This document shows positions 7,426-11,632 of a stretch of DNA of 11,632 nt, piece by piece. The notes beneath the pieces are model-generated. The model worked only from the letters and a program-made list of their open reading frames with translations, made no database searches and was not told the origin of the DNA. The DNA comes from a bacterium. Lineage in GTDB: Bacteria > Arandabacterota > Arandabacteria > Arandabacterales > JALGWA01. The translations under genes were made by a program, and so were the position numbers. Location of the stretch: the NCBI GenBank assembly GCA_050125095.1, contig JASFEA010000099.1:1-11632 (forward strand), in the 5' to 3' direction. The stretch's first letter is position 1; each line of letters starts with the position of its first letter.

Positions 7426-8559
7426 ATGAAGGTGCCACAGAATCTCTCCATATTCTGCCAGAGGCCACACCCTCTCTTTTTCGAAGGCAGTACGGGGGCA
7501 GGAGACGAGGTGGGCGGCGCCGAGCTTGACCTCTATGTGATTTCCACGGAGCTGGCAGAGCGTAAGGGGTTCAACATTACCTTCTACACCGGCGATTTCG
7601 GGCAAGAAGACCGCGTCCCGATCACCGACAATCTGACTCTGCGGAAATTCCCATACTTGAACCCCAAGAGGTACCCGAAGTGGCATCACAAGTTGATCCG
7701 CAGGCTGTTCTGCATATGGGTTCTGCTGGGGGACAGGTCTGAGGTCTTCTTCGCGGAAGGCCACGGGGAAGTCTGGGGCTATATCGTACTCATAAGAAAG
7801 TTCGTGATGAGAAGAAAGACGGTGTACAGAATCGCAAGCGATCTGGATATCGACTCCTTGAATAAGAAGAGCATCAATGTCGGCAACCTGCTGTTCGCAT
7901 TCGGCTTCCGGTTTACAGACTTCCTGATCGCCCAGAGCTCGACCCAGAGGCAGATGCTTGAGGCTGCTGGAATAAAGAACTTCACAGAAATCAAGAACGC
8001 CATGAAAGACATACCGGCGCCACCCGATGTCATCTCCAGGAAGAAGACCATTTTGTGGGTGGGCAGGTGTATCCCCCTGAAGCGACCATTGGAATTCATA
8101 GAGCTGGCAAGGTCCTTGCCGGAAGAGACCTTCACTATGATTCTACCGGGTGAGGGAGACCTCAAGAATGAGGTCCTCCAGCAGGCCGATCAACTGGCCA
8201 ATCTTGAACTGATTGACTTCGTCCACCCCAGGCAGATGCAGGACGTATATATTAAGGCAAAGTGCCTCGTTAACACCTCCACTGCCGAGGGCTTCCCCAA
8301 CTCCTTTGTCCAGGCCTTCATGGCCGGCACACCGGTTGTCTCCCTTGACGTTGATCCCGACGGCATATTCGAGAAGCACGATATCGGGCGTTGCTGCCAT
8401 GGGAACCTGCCTGAAGCCGAAGCTTTCATCAGGTCCCTCAACGGGGAGCGGGTGGCTGAGCTCTACAGGAACTCTCGAGCGTACTTCGAAGAGAATCATG
8501 ATATAAGTAAGGTGATCAAGCAGTACGAGTCGCTGTTCAGCAGCATCGCGACGCGCTGA
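7426..8559 (+). CDS. Glycosyltransferase family 4 (GT-B fold)
   Basis: VGGAE N-terminal motif, ILWVGRCIPLKRP, LVNTSTAEGFPNSFVQAFMAGTPVVS. GAGGTG at 7411-7416 favours ATG 7426 over the ORF-track GTG 7414. Confidence 0.92.
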   Translation: MKVPQNLSIFCQRPHPLFFEGSTGAGDEVGGAELDLYVISTELAERKGFNITFYTGDFGQEDRVPITDNLTLRKFPYLNPKRYPKWHHKLIRRLFCIWVLLGDRSEVFFAEGHGEVWGYIVLIRKFVMRRKTVYRIASDLDIDSLNKKSINVGNLLFAFGFRFTDFLIAQSSTQRQMLEAAGIKNFTEIKNAMKDIPAPPDVISRKKTILWVGRCIPLKRPLEFIELARSLPEETFTMILPGEGDLKNEVLQQADQLANLELIDFVHPRQMQDVYIKAKCLVNTSTAEGFPNSFVQAFMAGTPVVSLDVDPDGIFEKHDIGRCCHGNLPEAEAFIRSLNGERVAELYRNSRAYFEENHDISKVIKQYESLFSSIATR

Positions 8560-8587
8560 CCCCGACATTGCCGCCTGGCGATAAGCA

Positions 8588-8608
8588 GAGCCCGGGGCTT
8601 GCGGGCTC
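8588..8608 (+). terminator. Hairpin downstream of the glycosyltransferase gene
   Basis: GAGCCCG-gggcttg-CGGGCTC, a 7-bp stem without a clear U-tract. Confidence 0.3.
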
Positions 8609-8727
8609 GGGTTCCGATGTGATCCGCATGTGATCAAGCCGGCGTCGAGGTCTCAACAGAGCAGGTGTTGGTCGATGGAATTTGCCGGCTCGACTGTCCA
8701 TACGCTGCCCTATATCTGCCTTTCATC

Positions 8728-8756
8728 TTGACCGGCACTGTTATAGCATTTATCTT
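8728..8756 (+). promoter_or_regulatory. Putative sigma70 promoter for the phosphodiesterase/deacetylase/GNAT genes
   Basis: TTGACC (8728-8733), 17-nt spacer, TATCTT (8751-8756), about 50 nt upstream of ATG 8808. Confidence 0.55.
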
Positions 8757-8807
8757 TGGGTCTATGAACGGGGAACCGGTTCCGGCCGGGGTATACAAGG
8801 GATGGGA

Positions 8808-10454
8808 ATGAAACCACCGAGAGTCTTTCTCCTGGGGCTTGACGGAGCCACATGGAGGGTGCTGGACAAGCTCATCGCCGCCGGCAAGATGCCTAATCTG
8901 GCGAAGCTCGCAGATAAAGGTACAAAGGGTGCCCTTCGGTCGACAATCCCGTATATCACACCTGTGGCATGGTCCAGCATGATCTCGGGCGTGAAACCAT
9001 CGAAACACGGGATATTCGGGTATCTTGTCACCGAAAATAGAGACGGTGTCATTCTCACTAGCCTCTCAAACAGGGCCAAGATAAGAGTGCCTACGGTCTT
9101 TGACATTTACCACCAGGTAGGCAAGAAGGTCATCTCTGTGAATATGCCGATGACCTACCCGCCTCGTCCCGAAGATGGCACCATAATAACCGGGATGATG
9201 ACACCATCCTGGGAGAGCAAGTTCTATTCTCCGCAGGACCTGCTGGATGAGCTCGCGAGCCATGGCATCGACTACAGGATCGACATCAGGTTCGGCAGGG
9301 AGCGTGGAGAGAACTTCGACGAAAGGATCAAGGCATTTTTGTCCGACCATGCGGCACCGCTTCTGAAGGATCTCCGCCATGTGACCGAAGAAAGGAAGAA
9401 AACGGTTCTCCATCTGATTGCTAATAAGGAATGGGATCTGTTCATGGTGAATTTCGTAAGCATGGATAGGATACAGCATTATCTGTGGGACCTCTTCGAG
9501 CGGGAAGACGGTGATCCGGAATTACGTAGAAGAATCTATGACTACTATGAGTACCTTGACTCGGTCGTGGGAGAAATCCATTCCGCCATTGGAGATGAAT
9601 CTATTCTGTTGATATGTTCTGATCACGGTTTCGGTAAATGCAAAGGCAATTTCTACCTCGATGTCTGGCTTGAGAAGATGGGCTATCTCGTCAGGAAAGA
9701 CAGCGGACTGGGCATCACCGGTCTGGCGAAGAAGATCCTGAGATCTCTGAGGATTAATAAGTTATTGCTGCGATTCCTCGAGAGGTCGAAGAAGTCAGTG
9801 GCGAAGAAGCTGATATTCATCGGCACATCCAAGATCGACTGGGACAGCACGAGGGCCTACGTCTACTCCCAGGACGGCATAAGGATAAACCTCAAGGGGC
9901 GTGATCCATACGGGATCGTCGAACCTGGCGAGGAGTACGAAAACCTGAGACAGGAGATAGAGCGCGGGCTCTTACAGATTAAGACCGAGGATGGCGGGCA
10001 GCTGATGGCGAAGGTTCACATGGCTGAGGATCTCTACGGCACACCCAACATGGCTGATGCGCCCGATATCGTCTATGAGTTTACGGATGCATATCACTGC
10101 TCGACATATGATGGTGGCGCCGGCTCGTCCAGGATACTGGACCGAGGCTATTCGTGGAGACAAGGAGATCACCGAAGGGATGGGGTAGTATTGATCGCGG
10201 GGAAGGATGTGAAGGCCGGGAAGACCGTTAGAGCAGACATCGAAGATATCCTGCCTACGATCCTCTTCGTCCAGGGGTTACCGCTGAGTGAGATCTTCGA
10301 TGGCAGGGTGATAAGCGAGGCCTTCACAGAGAGCTTTGTCTCCGGCAGGGAGAGTCAGCAGAAGCGCCTATTCGAACGAGGTGATATAGAAGCCCCCGAG
10401 GCCGACAAGGATGACGAGGTGATGGACCGACTCAAGGGACTGGGCTACATCTGA
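8808..10454 (+). CDS. Alkaline phosphatase superfamily protein (type I phosphodiesterase/nucleotide pyrophosphatase-like)
   Basis: LLGLDGATW, STIPYITPVAWSSMISG (Thr at the nucleophile position), DRIQHYLW, ICSDHGF, IRINLKGRDPYG, GDHRRDG, C-terminal RLKGLGYI. The start is probably ATG 8808 (or 8802) after AAGGGA rather than 8682. Confidence 0.9.
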   Translation: MKPPRVFLLGLDGATWRVLDKLIAAGKMPNLAKLADKGTKGALRSTIPYITPVAWSSMISGVKPSKHGIFGYLVTENRDGVILTSLSNRAKIRVPTVFDIYHQVGKKVISVNMPMTYPPRPEDGTIITGMMTPSWESKFYSPQDLLDELASHGIDYRIDIRFGRERGENFDERIKAFLSDHAAPLLKDLRHVTEERKKTVLHLIANKEWDLFMVNFVSMDRIQHYLWDLFEREDGDPELRRRIYDYYEYLDSVVGEIHSAIGDESILLICSDHGFGKCKGNFYLDVWLEKMGYLVRKDSGLGITGLAKKILRSLRINKLLLRFLERSKKSVAKKLIFIGTSKIDWDSTRAYVYSQDGIRINLKGRDPYGIVEPGEEYENLRQEIERGLLQIKTEDGGQLMAKVHMAEDLYGTPNMADAPDIVYEFTDAYHCSTYDGGAGSSRILDRGYSWRQGDHRRDGVVLIAGKDVKAGKTVRADIEDILPTILFVQGLPLSEIFDGRVISEAFTESFVSGRESQQKRLFERGDIEAPEADKDDEVMDRLKGLGYI

Positions 10455-10503
10455 TGAGGGCTGCATCTGATGAGCGTTGGCTGCCAGTTCACCTGAAGAG
10501 AGC

Positions 10504-11502
10504 ATGAGATATCTAGCGATTACGGTAGATACCGAGGCAGATTGGGCCAACCCTGAAGAAAACCGCATCGCGTCCGTTGAAGGCATCCCCTATCTCCAGG
10601 ATCTCTGCGCCGAATACGACATGATCCCCACGTATCTGGTAACCTACGAGATGGCAGTCAAAGAGGAAGCGGTCAGTGTAATCAAGCCGTACTCAGACAG
10701 GGGGCTTTGCGAGATCGGGCACCACCTTCATATCTGGACCACCCCCCCCTTCGAGGACTGCAATAGTCATGGTGTTGACGAGAGATGGATTTATGGCATA
10801 CAGTCCGAGATTCCCGATCAGGTCTTCGAACAGAAGATGGGGTCTTTACATGATGCTATACGGACCAATTACGGAATCCGGCCGAGATCGCACAGAGCCG
10901 GACGATGGGCAATTGACACAAGGACGATGGTCTGGCTTGAAAGGCATGGCTATGCGGTTGATTCTTCGGTCTGCCCCTACATATCGTGGAGCAAGGTCAA
11001 AGGGATCAATCAGTTCATTTCCACCGACACCTTCGCTTCTCCAAATCATCCTTATTACCCCGACTCGGAAGATATCGCGCGGGCCACTAAAGGTGGGAAC
11101 CGCGCTATGAAGATTCTCGAAGTCCCTGTAACCGGGGTAAAAGGAGACATTTTGAGCCGTTTCAGCTTCAGGGGCATCAGCAGACTGAGGTCCGTCTTGC
11201 ACAGATTCGGCTACCGGGGTACAGGCAACATGTCTTTTCGTCCCTCATCGGACATCCCGCCGAAGGTCTTTGAAGACATCGTTCATAAAGTCTTCAGTTC
11301 GGATGCTTCATTCATCAACTTCATGTTCCACTCGCCGGAACTGACGGTGGGGACATCTCCCTATTCGCAGGACAAGGCCTCGACGGCGGCCCTTAGACAG
11401 AGAATCGAAGTCGCCCTTCGGACCGCTGCCGAATATGGTTTGAAGGGTATTGCATTATCCGAGGTTGGCCATAAAATGACGCCCGGGGGAAGCAGTGACT
11501 GA
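10504..11502 (+). CDS. Polysaccharide deacetylase family protein (CE4/NodB fold, WalW-like)
   Basis: ITVDTEADW, PTYLVTYEM, EIGHHLHIWTTPP, SHRAGRW, VDSSVCP, FMFHSPEL. ATG 10504 is preferred; TTG 10477 is the alternative. Confidence 0.88.
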   Translation: MRYLAITVDTEADWANPEENRIASVEGIPYLQDLCAEYDMIPTYLVTYEMAVKEEAVSVIKPYSDRGLCEIGHHLHIWTTPPFEDCNSHGVDERWIYGIQSEIPDQVFEQKMGSLHDAIRTNYGIRPRSHRAGRWAIDTRTMVWLERHGYAVDSSVCPYISWSKVKGINQFISTDTFASPNHPYYPDSEDIARATKGGNRAMKILEVPVTGVKGDILSRFSFRGISRLRSVLHRFGYRGTGNMSFRPSSDIPPKVFEDIVHKVFSSDASFINFMFHSPELTVGTSPYSQDKASTAALRQRIEVALRTAAEYGLKGIALSEVGHKMTPGGSSD

Positions 11503-11632
11503 CTTTCTGATCCGCCAGGCCGAGAGGGGTGATATCGAACAGATTACCGGCCTATTCAATCTGGTGTTCGAGGCCTCTGCAACCTCGCCCTATATGCGCT
11601 GGCTTCTCTCCGATCCGTATCACCAGGGGAAT
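11495..11632 (+). CDS. Probable GNAT-family N-acetyltransferase, N-terminal part (runs off the window)
   Basis: GTG 11495 follows GGGGGA and overlaps the deacetylase stop. It reads MTDFLIRQAERGDIEQITGLFNLVFEASATSPYMRWLLSDPY..., the IR...D...I..LF..VF...W pattern of GNAT proteins in polysaccharide loci. Confidence 0.65.
   Translation, partial: MTDFLIRQAERGDIEQITGLFNLVFEASATSPYMRWLLSDPYHQGN

Noticed and set aside
8284..8315. GT4 E-x7-E motif with Q in place of the second E (EGFPNSFVQA)
   Set aside because: This variant is familiar in a GT4 subgroup and is not evidence of inactivation or novelty.
162..11202. Overlapping and antisense ORFs in the track (e.g. 162-785, 2044-2565, 3216-4070, 5198-5812, 8143-8637, 9066-9479)
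   Set aside because: They shadow well-supported genes or cross degenerate intergenic DNA and have no recognisable domains, as expected by chance in GC-rich sequence.

Overview
Bacterial genomic window, probably from an FCB-group lineage that uses FlgD-Ig/T9SS-like C-terminal sorting domains (inferred only from two such domains). The left part (1-7350) is an eroded accessory region. It holds an uncharacterised membrane protein, a SnoaL/NTF2-like gene broken out of frame from its C-terminal sorting domain, and an anaerobic sulfatase-maturating radical SAM/SPASM gene that has a probably leaderless promoter and no sulfatase nearby. A 44-bp imperfect direct repeat (2069-2112, 4161-4204) brackets that maturase gene, and the second copy abuts a 5'-truncated secreted-protein gene. 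An S41 peptidase-TPR gene follows, then an internally deleted IS91-family transposase remnant that the ORF track does not show. The right part (7426-11632) is a surface-polysaccharide modification locus: GT4 glycosyltransferase, alkaline-phosphatase-superfamily (NPP-like) protein, WalW-like polysaccharide deacetylase and the start of a GNAT acetyltransferase. No rRNA, tRNA or CRISPR array was seen. All family assignments come from motif recognition by eye; no searches were run.
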